Assembly: GCA_964344565.1 (NCBI GenBank)
Contig: CAYFNT010000010.1
Location: forward strand, 22,641-86,640
Source of the DNA: an uncultured bacterium
Lineage (GTDB): Bacteria; Krumholzibacteriota; Krumholzibacteriia; JACNKJ01
Reading direction: 5' to 3'
Length of the DNA: 64,000 nt
Shown: one piece after another, positions 39,188 to 47,575 of the stretch
Layout of the letters: each line of letters starts with the position of its first letter
Position numbering within the stretch: the stretch's first letter is position 1
Position numbers and translations under genes: made by a program
The notes under the pieces: model-generated
The model's database searches: none
Seen by the model: the letters and a program-made list of their open reading frames with translations, nothing else
Told to the model about the DNA's origin: nothing

Positions 39188-40927
39188 CTAGCGGGCCAGG
39201 ACCAGCTTCGTCGTGGCCGTGTAGTCGCCGGCGATGAGCTTGCAGAAGTAGATTCCCGAACTCAGCTCCTCTCCCGAATCTCCACGACCATTCCAGTCGA
39301 ACTGGTGGACGCTCTCGGTCTGGCCCACGATCTCGCGGCCCCAGACACGCCGGCCTCCCAGGTCGTAGATGGCGATGTCGACCTCGGCGGCGTCTTCAGG
39401 CAGGGCGTAGCGCAGCGTGGTCTTGGGATTGAAGGGATTGGGAAAACTGCTGAGCATCAGGGCTCCTGCTGGCGTCTCGTCCGCGCCGGTACCGACGGGG
39501 TAGAGCGGGAAATCCAGATCGATGAGGCTGCCTCCCACCACCGACACATTCTCGAACACCGCCTCCTGATATCCGGGGAGGCTCGCGGTCGCCGTATAGG
39601 TTCCGGGCAAGAGCAGACGTACATAGCGTCCGTGCACGGGCTCGCTCATGCGTGGGTGGTTGATGACCGGCTCGCCGATCACGGCCACTTCCGCGGCGAG
39701 GGGTTCCAGGGTCGTCGCGTCGTAGACATTCCCGCGCAGGCCGTCGCCGTGCACCCGGTTCAGCAGCACGCGGATACCCTTCAGATTCTCCTCCACGATC
39801 TCCGCGATGCGCACGATGCCCGTGGGGAAGAACTCGGTGGCGGTCTCGATGAGATAGGCCTGGGTGCCGTGCTCCCAGTACATCCAATTGTAGGTTTGTC
39901 CGTTGCCGTAGAAGAATTCGGCCCCGTAGTAGCCGCTGCCCTCCTTGTGGATCGCGGCGGCCATGTCGTAGCAGAGGTCGATGCCCGCGGGATCGTCCCC
40001 GCAGTATCCCACGTACTCGCTGTAGCTGTGGAAACTGATGCCGGCCACGAAGTGTTCGCGATCGAAGAGAGCCTGCTGCAGCTGGGATTCGTTCTCGGAC
40101 ATGGGTCCGGGGCCGCGGTAGACGATGCTGCATTCGAGGGAGCTGCCCGCCGTGCTCCAGCCCTCGGCGTAGTTGCGGTTGAGATCGACTCCGTCGGGAT
40201 AGCTGGGATAGCTCGAGCCGCAGTATTCGTTCACCACGCCTTCGAAGATGCCGTCCTCGTCGTTGTCGCGCTTGTTCTTCCGCCACCATGGGCTGTCGAT
40301 GCCCGTCTGCACGTAGAGGTAGCCCTCGGGATTCAGGATGGGGATGATCCAGATCTCCGTCTCGTCGATGAGGAAGGTGATTTCCGGATCGCTGCCGTAG
40401 CCGGCCACCATCTCCAGGATGAACTCCGCCATGACATTCGTGTTCACCGGCTCGCGGGCGTGGATCACCGCGTCGAGGCTGACGTCGGGCTCGTCCTCCT
40501 GAATCTGGGGATTGTCCGACAGCTTCAGGGCCCAGACCTCCACGCCGTCGCGGGTCGAATAGCCCAACAGCTCCATGGCGGCGATCTCGGGATGATCGGC
40601 CACGGTGTCGGTCATCAAGTCGTAGATCTCCTGATAGGACCAATAATAGTAGTCGCTCCACACGGCCCGGGAGGGAAGGACGAGCTCGTGCCGCAGTCCC
40701 TCGGCGACGAATTCATCGTACTCGCTTTCGGGAACCGCGAAATCGTAGCTTCGCCCCAACCGATGAGCGGGAATCTCGGAAACCGCGTACTCGGCGTAGG
40801 CCTTGAGAAGAGCCAGATCCTCCCGGCTCTCGGGCGTCACGCGCAGGGTCAGGATGTCGGCGGCGAGAAGGGTAGTGGCGGAAAGGACGACGGTCAGAAC
40901 CGTCAGGACGGCGAAAACTCGGCGCAT
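39188..40927 (-). CDS. secreted M14 zinc carboxypeptidase with FlgD-Ig/T9SS-type C-terminal domain
   Basis: Signal peptide MRRVFAVLTVLTVVLSATTLLA. Zn ligand blocks IHAREPV and ISFHSYSEYV. Carboxypeptidase-regulatory-like beta domain. Ends SFPNPFNPKTTLRY...TKLVLAR. Confidence 0.9.
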   Translation of the reverse strand: MRRVFAVLTVLTVVLSATTLLAADILTLRVTPESREDLALLKAYAEYAVSEIPAHRLGRSYDFAVPESEYDEFVAEGLRHELVLPSRAVWSDYYYWSYQEIYDLMTDTVADHPEIAAMELLGYSTRDGVEVWALKLSDNPQIQEDEPDVSLDAVIHAREPVNTNVMAEFILEMVAGYGSDPEITFLIDETEIWIIPILNPEGYLYVQTGIDSPWWRKNKRDNDEDGIFEGVVNEYCGSSYPSYPDGVDLNRNYAEGWSTAGSSLECSIVYRGPGPMSENESQLQQALFDREHFVAGISFHSYSEYVGYCGDDPAGIDLCYDMAAAIHKEGSGYYGAEFFYGNGQTYNWMYWEHGTQAYLIETATEFFPTGIVRIAEIVEENLKGIRVLLNRVHGDGLRGNVYDATTLEPLAAEVAVIGEPVINHPRMSEPVHGRYVRLLLPGTYTATASLPGYQEAVFENVSVVGGSLIDLDFPLYPVGTGADETPAGALMLSSFPNPFNPKTTLRYALPEDAAEVDIAIYDLGGRRVWGREIVGQTESVHQFDWNGRGDSGEELSSGIYFCKLIAGDYTATTKLVLAR

Positions 40928-40951
40928 GGCTCACCTCGCTTGTGAGCCTCA

Positions 40952-40960
40952 AGTCTAGCA
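40952..40960 (-). promoter_or_regulatory. extended -10-like element TGCTAGACT for the M14 gene
   Basis: Minus strand, 25 nt upstream of ATG 40927. No good -35, and the gene could also be co-transcribed with the upstream TMEM175-like gene. Confidence 0.35.
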
Positions 40961-40988
40961 CATTCCCGACGAAGGGCTCCAGAACCCG

Positions 40989-41720
40989 CTAGGCCTCGGC
41001 CCTGAGCCGGTCGATCCTGCGCCCCATTCGGATTCCCAGGATCGGCATGACGATGGGCAGCGTGGCGTAGGCGAAACCGGCCCAAACCCCCACCTTGTAC
41101 GGGGTGAGCCAGGCCACCAGGAAGGACAGCAGCCCGATGAGCGCCATGGTCCCGAAGGTGACGATGCCCGATTGGGTGATCATGCGCTCGACTGCATTCA
41201 ATTGCAGCTCTTCGGAGACGATCTTCGCCCTCAGGTAGAGAAGCACCACGCAGGCGTTCATGGCGAAGAATCCCAGTCCGTAGATGATGAAGAGCCCGGT
41301 GAGGTCGCTGTTGGACTCGAGCACGAAGTTGGTAGGCAGCCAGCCGCCGCTTATCCAGTAGAAAAGGGCGGCGAAGAGCATCTTGAGGGGATAGACGAAA
41401 ACCAGCATGACGAAGATCAGGGACATGCTGATGAGCGTGCTGGGCATGTCTTCCAGCCCGTAGTAACGGCTCCACTGACGATGGGTGTACCAGTAGCTCA
41501 CCACCGAGGCGAAGCTGGCGGCGAATGCCGGCGTTCCCTTGAGGGCGTCCACGAGTTCCGCGTAGCTGCCGGGAATGCCGCCCAGGGAGATCACCAGCAA
41601 GGTTGTGGCGAATGCGAAGGCCGCGTCGGTGAAGACCTCCAGGCGCGTCATCTCCAAGCCGCGCAAGCGGAAACCGTTCTTCCGCGGCAGGTCCGCCAAC
41701 TGCGTTTCGGTCCAGGCCAT
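40989..41720 (-). CDS. TMEM175/DUF1211-family membrane protein (putative K+ channel)
   Basis: RLEVFTDAAFAFATTLLVISL matches the RxxxFSD-type first-helix signature. Six predicted TM segments. Confidence 0.8.
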   Translation of the reverse strand: MAWTETQLADLPRKNGFRLRGLEMTRLEVFTDAAFAFATTLLVISLGGIPGSYAELVDALKGTPAFAASFASVVSYWYTHRQWSRYYGLEDMPSTLISMSLIFVMLVFVYPLKMLFAALFYWISGGWLPTNFVLESNSDLTGLFIIYGLGFFAMNACVVLLYLRAKIVSEELQLNAVERMITQSGIVTFGTMALIGLLSFLVAWLTPYKVGVWAGFAYATLPIVMPILGIRMGRRIDRLRAEA

Positions 41721-41779
41721 GCTACCTCCCGGCCGCGATCCTAGCCCTCGGATTTCCTTCGTTCAAGGACACAATCCCC

Positions 41780-41808
41780 TTGCCTTTTCGGGTCCGTATG
41801 GCTAGATT
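41780..41808 (+). promoter_or_regulatory. candidate promoter of the mntR-ABC operon (TTGCCT-17-TAGATT)
   Basis: Hexamers read directly. The -10 ends 2 nt before the palindromic operator. Confidence 0.5.
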
Positions 41809-41809
41809 G

Positions 41810-41831
41810 AAAGTTAGGCATGCCTAACTTT
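41810..41831. promoter_or_regulatory. DtxR/MntR-type operator, perfect 22-bp palindrome AAAGTTAGGCATGCCTAACTTT
   Basis: Perfect inverted repeat 17 nt upstream of the regulator ATG. TTAGG...CCTAA half-sites resemble known DtxR-family boxes. Confidence 0.7.
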
Positions 41832-41847
41832 AGAGGGGAAACGCGAA

Positions 41848-42252
41848 ATGCCCAGCGAATCGGTGGAGAATTACATCACGGAGATTCTCCGCCTGGAGGA
41901 GGCCGCCACCCCCGCCAGCACCAGCGAACTCGCCGAACGGCTGCAGGTGGCGCGTCCATCGGTGACGGGCATGCTCAAGAAGCTCGAGACCGAAGGATAC
42001 ATCCTGCGCGAACCCTACCGAGCCGTTCGCCTGACTCGGCGCGGGCGACGGGCGGCGCGCACGGTGATCCGGCGTCATCGACTGATCGAGACTTTTCTGG
42101 TCGAGACCCTGGGCATGTCGCCGCATGAGGTGCACGAGGAGGCTCACCGCCTCGAGCACGCCATGTCCGAAGAGGTCATCGAACGTCTGGACCGCTGGCT
42201 CGGGCGGCCCGAACTCGATCCTCACGGAAGGCCCATTCCCGGCCGCCCCTAG
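41848..42252 (+). CDS. mntR: DtxR/MntR-family metal-dependent transcriptional repressor
   Basis: N-terminal wHTH (ENYITEILRLEE...STSELAERLQVARPSVTGMLKKLETEGYI). Metal-site and dimerisation helix RRHRLIETFLVETLGM...HEEAHRLEH. Confidence 0.88.
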   Translation: MPSESVENYITEILRLEEAATPASTSELAERLQVARPSVTGMLKKLETEGYILREPYRAVRLTRRGRRAARTVIRRHRLIETFLVETLGMSPHEVHEEAHRLEHAMSEEVIERLDRWLGRPELDPHGRPIPGRP

Positions 42253-42310
42253 AGGACCCATGCGCGGAACGACCCGCGCGATATGCTGCCCTGCAGGGCG
42301 GAAGGAGAAG

Positions 42311-43255
42311 ATGAGGATGCGCAAATCACTGCTGCTGGTTCTGCTCGTCGTCCTGTTCATCGCCTGCGGCGAGAAGGAAGAGCCCGAGCGTACCGGGATT
42401 CTCGAACTCGTGGCCACCACCGGACAGGTGGGCGATCTGCTTCGCAAGGTCGGCGGCGAGCGCGTGAAGGTCACCGCCCTCATGGGCCCGGGCATCGATC
42501 CCCATCTCTACAAGGCCAGCGCGGGCGACGTGGAAAGGCTGCGCAGGGCCGACGCCGTCTTCTACAACGGCCATCACCTCGAGGCCAAGATGGGCGAGGT
42601 CATCGAACAGATGGGAGCCAGCAAGCCGACCATGGCCCTGGCCGAAGTCATCGACGATTCGCGCCTCCTCTCCCCCAGCGAATTCCAGGGACACTTCGAT
42701 CCCCACGTCTGGTTCGATCTCGAACTGTGGCGCGAGGCGGTGCTGGCCGCCGGCGCCAAGCTCGGGGAACTCGATCCCGCTCACGCCGCGGAATACGAAG
42801 CCCGGGCGAATGCCTACGCTTCCGAACTGGACGCCCTCCACGCCTACGCCCTCGAGGCCTTCGCCCGCGTGGCCGAAGAGCAGCGCGTGCTCATCACCGC
42901 CCACGACGCATTCGGATACTTCGGTCGAGCCTACGGCCTCGAAGTGCACGGTCTCCAGGGCATCAGCACGGCCACCGAAGCGGGCACCGGCGACGTGCAG
43001 GACCTGGCCGCTTTCATCGCCGAACGCAGGATCCCCGCCCTCTTCGTGGAGACCTCCGTATCGCCCCGCGCCATCCAGGCCGTGCGCGAGGCGGTGCGAT
43101 CCCGTGGATTCGAGGTGGAGATCGGCGGCGAGATCTTCAGCGACGCCCTGGGCGACGCGGACGGTCCGGCGGGCACCTTCCTCGGCATGTTCCGCCACAA
43201 CGTGGACACCATCGTATCCTCGCTACTGGGAGAGGCCGGACATGGCGAACACTAG
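42311..43255 (+). CDS. metal (Mn/Zn/Fe) ABC transporter substrate-binding lipoprotein, cluster A-I (TroA/MntC/ZnuA family)
   Basis: GAAGGAG SD then ATG 42311. Lipobox LLVVLFIA-C. Family blocks [17 protein letters not shown] and [16 protein letters not shown]. Confidence 0.9.
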   Translation: MRMRKSLLLVLLVVLFIACGEKEEPERTGILELVATTGQVGDLLRKVGGERVKVTALMGPGIDPHLYKASAGDVERLRRADAVFYNGHHLEAKMGEVIEQMGASKPTMALAEVIDDSRLLSPSEFQGHFDPHVWFDLELWREAVLAAGAKLGELDPAHAAEYEARANAYASELDALHAYALEAFARVAEEQRVLITAHDAFGYFGRAYGLEVHGLQGISTATEAGTGDVQDLAAFIAERRIPALFVETSVSPRAIQAVREAVRSRGFEVEIGGEIFSDALGDADGPAGTFLGMFRHNVDTIVSSLLGEAGHGEH

Positions 43256-44048
43256 AGACCTCGCGGTCGGCGTCAACGACCTCACCGTGGCCTACGGCGA
43301 GCGTCCCGTGCTCTGGGACATCGACATGGACGTGCCGGCCGGCCATCTCATGGCCATCATGGGCCCCAACGGCGCCGGCAAGACCACGCTCATCAAGGCC
43401 ATCCTGGGGCTCATTCCCATCGCGGCCGGACGCGTGGAGATCCACGGCAGACTCTACCGCGATCAACGGCGCCTCGTGGGCTACGTGCCCCAGCGGGGAA
43501 GCGTAGACTGGGACTTCCCCACCACCGTTCTGGACTTGGTGATGATGGGCCGATACGGCGCCCTGGGCTGGCTCAAGCGTCCCGGCAAGAAGGAACGCGA
43601 ACTGGCGCTTTCAGCCCTGGACAAGGTCGGCATGGCGGAGTTCCGCAATCGCCAGATCAGCCAGCTATCGGGCGGACAGCAGCAGCGGGTCTTTCTGGCC
43701 CGGGCCCTGGTGCAGGACGCCCGAGTCTACTTCATGGACGAACCCTTCCAGGGCGTCGACGCGCGCACCGAGCGCGCCATCGTGGACCTGCTGCAGGAGT
43801 TGCGCGAGCAGGGGCGCACGGTGGTGGTCGTCCATCACGATCTGCAGACCGTCGAGGAGTACTTCGACTGGATCATGCTGCTCAACGTGCGGCGAATCGC
43901 CTGCGGCCCCGTCCGCGAGGTCTTCACGCCCGAGAACCTCCGCCTGGCCTACGGCGGACGCGTGGAGTTCCTCGCCCGTCGCGCGGCCCGCGACCGCGAC
44001 GAACTTCCCGGCGACGACCCCCGAACCTTCGACGGACATCGCCCATGA
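43242..44048 (+). CDS. metal ABC transporter ATP-binding protein
   Basis: Walker [10 protein letters not shown], signature LSGGQQQR, Walker B VYFMDEP. Start ATG 43242 overlaps the end of the SBP gene. Confidence 0.92.
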   Translation: MANTRDLAVGVNDLTVAYGERPVLWDIDMDVPAGHLMAIMGPNGAGKTTLIKAILGLIPIAAGRVEIHGRLYRDQRRLVGYVPQRGSVDWDFPTTVLDLVMMGRYGALGWLKRPGKKERELALSALDKVGMAEFRNRQISQLSGGQQQRVFLARALVQDARVYFMDEPFQGVDARTERAIVDLLQELREQGRTVVVVHHDLQTVEEYFDWIMLLNVRRIACGPVREVFTPENLRLAYGGRVEFLARRAARDRDELPGDDPRTFDGHRP

Positions 44049-45163
44049 ACCTTCTCGCGGAACTCTTCACCGACTACACCCTGCGCACGGTCTCCCTGGG
44101 ATCGGCGGGGCTCGGCTTGGTGGCCGGCATGCTCGGCGCCTTCGCCGTGCTGCGCCGACAGAGCCTGCTCGGCGACGCGGTGAGCCACGCGGCCCTGCCC
44201 GGCATCGTGCTGGCCTTCATGCTCACCGGAGCCAAGACGCCCCTGGTGCTGGTCCTCGGAGCGGCCCTGGCGGGCTGGGTGGCTTCGCTGCTGGTGATGC
44301 TCATCGTGAGAAGCACGCGCATCAAGACCGACACGGCCCTGGGCCTGGTGCTCTCCACCTTCTTCGGCCTGGGCCTGGTGCTGTTGTCCATCATTCAGCG
44401 CAGCTCCGGCGCGGGACAGGCCGGCCTCGACCGCTTCCTCTTCGGACAGGCCGCCGCCCTCGTGGGCGATGATCTCGTCACCATGTCGGCATTGGGCGCG
44501 CTGGTATTGCTGGCCCTGCTCGTCCTGTGGAAGGAATTCAAGCTGCTGAGCTTCGACCCGGCCTTCGCGGGCTCCCTCGGTCTGCCCCTGCGCGCCCTGG
44601 ACATCGCCCTGACCAGCCTGCTGGTCATCGCCATCGTCATCGGCCTGCAGACCGTGGGCGTGGTGCTCATGAGCGCCATGATCGTGGCCCCCGCCTCGGC
44701 GGCGAGGCAGTGGACCGACCGGCTGGGCCGCCTGGTCCTGCTGTCGGGGCTCTTCGGCGGCCTCAGCGGATTGGCCGGCGCGCTCATCTCGAGCCGGGTG
44801 CCGCGACTGCCCACGGGGCCCACCATCATTCTCGTGATCATGGGCATCACCCTCGTCTCGCTGCTGGTGGCTCCGCGCCGCGGACTGCTGGCGGCGGCCC
44901 TCCGCAGGCAGCAGCAGCGGCGTCAGGTGCGGGTGGACAGCGTACTGGCCGACCTCTATCGGCTGGCATCCCAGCATGCCGATCCCCTGGGCGCTCCCCA
45001 CGCGGTGGATGCCCTGCGCGCCATGGGCGAGGGACACGGGATTCGCGCGGGTCTCGCCCGTCTTGCCGAAGAGGGCCTCGCCGCCGCCGATGAGGACGGC
45101 CACTGGCGCCTCACCGGGCCGGGCCTCGCCCGCGGGCGCGAGATCGTGGAGGGATCGCCATGA
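44045..45163 (+). CDS. metal ABC transporter permease (ABC-3 family) with 86-aa C-terminal winged-helix-like tail
   Basis: ABC-3-type TM core ([16 protein letters not shown]...). Tail from about 44903: ...[37 protein letters not shown] overlaps at both ends. Confidence 0.9.
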   Translation: MNLLAELFTDYTLRTVSLGSAGLGLVAGMLGAFAVLRRQSLLGDAVSHAALPGIVLAFMLTGAKTPLVLVLGAALAGWVASLLVMLIVRSTRIKTDTALGLVLSTFFGLGLVLLSIIQRSSGAGQAGLDRFLFGQAAALVGDDLVTMSALGALVLLALLVLWKEFKLLSFDPAFAGSLGLPLRALDIALTSLLVIAIVIGLQTVGVVLMSAMIVAPASAARQWTDRLGRLVLLSGLFGGLSGLAGALISSRVPRLPTGPTIILVIMGITLVSLLVAPRRGLLAAALRRQQQRRQVRVDSVLADLYRLASQHADPLGAPHAVDALRAMGEGHGIRAGLARLAEEGLAAADEDGHWRLTGPGLARGREIVEGSP

Positions 45164-46278
45164 GCGGACCCCAGGTGGAGATCCTCGCCATCGCCATGCT
45201 CACCGCCGCCGCCTGCTCCCTGGTGGGCGTCTTCCTCATGCTGCGTCGCATGGCCATGCTCTCGGACGCCATCAGCCACGCCATCCTGCCGGGTATCGTC
45301 ATCGCCTTCTTCCTCACCGGAAATCTCAGCTCCCCATGGCTGGTCATCGGCGCCGCCCTCACGGGCGTGCTCACCGTGGCCCTGGTCGAACTGCTCACGC
45401 GTACGGGTCGCCTCAAGGAAGACGCCGCCATGGGGCTGGTCTTCCCCGCCCTCTTCTCCCTGGGCATCGTGCTCATCACCCGCTACGCCGGCGACGTGCA
45501 CCTCGACGTCGACGCCGTGCTCCTGGGAGAATTGGCCTTCGCCCCCTTCGATCGCTTCGTGCTCGGCGGCGTCGATCTGGGCGCGCGGCACCTCTGGCTC
45601 ATGGGCGGCATCGCTCTCGTCAACCTCGCGGCCATAACGCTCTTCTTCAAGGAACTCAAACTGTCCGCCTTCGACGCGGGACTGGCCGCCTCATTGGGCC
45701 TCGCGCCCGCGCTCATCCACTACGGTTTGATGACTCTGGTCTCGGTGACGGCGGTGGGCGCCTTCGATGCGGTGGGACTCATCCTCGTGGTCGCCCTCAT
45801 GGTGGGACCGGCCGCCGCGGCCTATCTGCTCACCGATCGTCTCGGCCTGCTGCTGCTTCTGGCCGCCCTGCTCGGCATGCTGTCGGCTGCCCTGGGCTTC
45901 GGCATGGCCCTGCTGCTGGACGCATCCATCGCCGGCTCCATGGCCGTGGGCGTCGGTTTCGTTTTCGGACTGGTCTTCCTCTTCGCTCCGGGGCGCGGAC
46001 TGCTCGCCGAACTCTTTCGACGCCGGCGCCAGCGTTTGGAATTCGCGGAACTGATGCTGGCCATCCATCTGCTTCAGCACGAAGGCGAGCCGGAGGAGGA
46101 GATCGAATCCCGCGAGGATCATCTCCACGGCAAGCACGTGGGATGGACCCCCGAGTTCACCCGGAGAATCGTGGAGGGAGCCGTCCGGCGAAGTCTGATA
46201 TGGCGGGCCGATGAGCGTCTGCACCTCACGGAAACGGGTCGAGGGGCGGCCGGCCGCGCCCTCAGCGGCGTTCCTTGA
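45160..46278 (+). CDS. second metal ABC transporter permease (ABC-3 family) with 86-aa C-terminal winged-helix-like tail
   Basis: TM core with SDAISHAILPGIVIAF. Tail from about 46018: ...RRIVEGAVRRSLIWRADERLHLTETGRGAAGRAL. Confidence 0.9.
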   Translation: MSGPQVEILAIAMLTAAACSLVGVFLMLRRMAMLSDAISHAILPGIVIAFFLTGNLSSPWLVIGAALTGVLTVALVELLTRTGRLKEDAAMGLVFPALFSLGIVLITRYAGDVHLDVDAVLLGELAFAPFDRFVLGGVDLGARHLWLMGGIALVNLAAITLFFKELKLSAFDAGLAASLGLAPALIHYGLMTLVSVTAVGAFDAVGLILVVALMVGPAAAAYLLTDRLGLLLLLAALLGMLSAALGFGMALLLDASIAGSMAVGVGFVFGLVFLFAPGRGLLAELFRRRRQRLEFAELMLAIHLLQHEGEPEEEIESREDHLHGKHVGWTPEFTRRIVEGAVRRSLIWRADERLHLTETGRGAAGRALSGVP

Positions 46279-46314
46279 GGCCCGGACCGCATCCGGGGAA
46301 TCGGCACCTACATA

Positions 46315-46342
46315 TTGACGATTCTCGGGAAGGCCCTAGATT
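46315..46342 (+). promoter_or_regulatory. candidate promoter of the 46426 gene (TTGACG-16-TAGATT)
   Basis: Hexamers read directly. Same TAGATT -10 (within CTAGATT) as the mntR promoter. The operator lies 10 nt downstream. Confidence 0.45.
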
Positions 46343-46351
46343 AGACCCTGA

Positions 46352-46371
46352 CAGTTAGGCGGGCCTAACTG
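46352..46371. promoter_or_regulatory. second DtxR/MntR-type operator (CAGTTAGGCGGGCCTAACTG)
   Basis: Arms AGTTAGGC / GCCTAACT are identical to the operator at 41810. Only the 2-nt centre differs. Confidence 0.65.
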
Positions 46372-46425
46372 CAAATCCTGGCTCGTAACTGATTCAATTT
46401 CAAACGCTTGGGAGAAGGTTGCCTC

Positions 46426-47190
46426 ATGTCCAGACTCCGTGGATCCTCCGTAATTCTATGTGCTCTTTCCATTTCTCTGCTTCTGCTCGCCGGGCCCGTT
46501 AGGGCCGCCGACACCACCGAACCCTTCGACCTGGGTTTCAGCGATGTCGACTTCTATCTGAGCGGAGAGGGATTCGGACTCGAGGAGGATGAGCGATCCC
46601 ATGGCGCGGAGCTCATGCTCGGCTACGGCCTGGCGTCCCGGCTGTCGGGGCACCTCGGAGTCGCCATGAACTCCGACAGTCACCTCCTCAGCGCATCCAC
46701 CGAGCTATCATTCGGTCTCTACGGGACTGTGCTCGACGGCGAGAATTTCGACCTCGACCTCTTCCTGGCCTTCGGCGCTTCGGGCGAGGGACTGGACGAG
46801 GTCAGCGTCAGCCCCGCCTTCGAACTGAACTGGGATGCCGAACCTGAACTCGATTTCTGGGGGCTCTACACTCGAGGCGGAATGACCATGACTGGTCACG
46901 AGGGAGAAAGCGGTCCCGAGCGCTACGGCGAGTACGATCTTACCCTGGGATGCTACTGGACGCTACGTCCCGGACAGCAGCTTCTCCTGGAATATGACGG
47001 CGCCTCCATCGAAGCCGAAAGCGGAGATCGCGAATGGATCGGCGGCGCACTGACCTTGGGCTACAACCGCTCGATGAACGAAACCATGGAGATGATAAGC
47101 TCCCTGGGCTTCGACATCGGAGATGACGAACAGGACGGAGGCATGTCCTTCACCCTCGGATTCATCGCCACCCTTCCCGCCGGCACCTGA
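46426..47190 (+). CDS. acidic putative outer-membrane beta-barrel protein, predicted MntR regulon member
   Basis: GGGAGAAGG SD then ATG 46426. Signal peptide MSRLRGSSVILCALSISLLLLAGPVRA. Alternating-strand segments (ELMLGYGLA, LSFGLYGTV, DLFLAFGAS, DLTLGCYWTL, ALTLGYNRS, SFTLGFIATL). No family recognised. Confidence 0.55.
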   Translation: MSRLRGSSVILCALSISLLLLAGPVRAADTTEPFDLGFSDVDFYLSGEGFGLEEDERSHGAELMLGYGLASRLSGHLGVAMNSDSHLLSASTELSFGLYGTVLDGENFDLDLFLAFGASGEGLDEVSVSPAFELNWDAEPELDFWGLYTRGGMTMTGHEGESGPERYGEYDLTLGCYWTLRPGQQLLLEYDGASIEAESGDREWIGGALTLGYNRSMNETMEMISSLGFDIGDDEQDGGMSFTLGFIATLPAGT

Positions 47191-47211
47191 GTCGTCGAAA
47201 CGGGTCGTGGG

Positions 47212-47559
47212 CTATTCCATCTCCTCGAGAAGGTCCTCGATGTGCCGGATGTCGCCCTCCTCGGAAAGCCGCTTGGCCTCCTCCCAGTCGGACCAGAGCC
47301 TGTCCGCGTACTCCTGTCCATCCTTGTGAACCCGGGCGCCGCTGCTCATGCGCTGATGCCGCATGTGGCGGAGGAAGGATCGATAGGGATCCTCGCAGGT
47401 GTAGTACTTGAGCGTGTACCGCGCCACGAATTCACCGCAAGCCGCGCATTCCACGAAAACGCAGGCGTCCTCCCCCGGGCGCACCATGACCCGATTCTGC
47501 ATCTGATAGCTCTGGCACTTGGGACAGCATTCGCGTTTGGACTGCGGACTCAGTGGCAT
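47212..47559 (-). CDS. hypothetical zinc-ribbon protein
   Basis: GGAGG SD then ATG 47559, 16 nt after the DASS gene stop. CCPKC...CAAC four-Cys arrangement and an acidic C-terminus. Confidence 0.6.
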   Translation of the reverse strand: MPLSPQSKRECCPKCQSYQMQNRVMVRPGEDACVFVECAACGEFVARYTLKYYTCEDPYRSFLRHMRHQRMSSGARVHKDGQEYADRLWSDWEEAKRLSEEGDIRHIEDLLEEME

Positions 47560-47575
47560 GGCGCACCTCCGGCGC

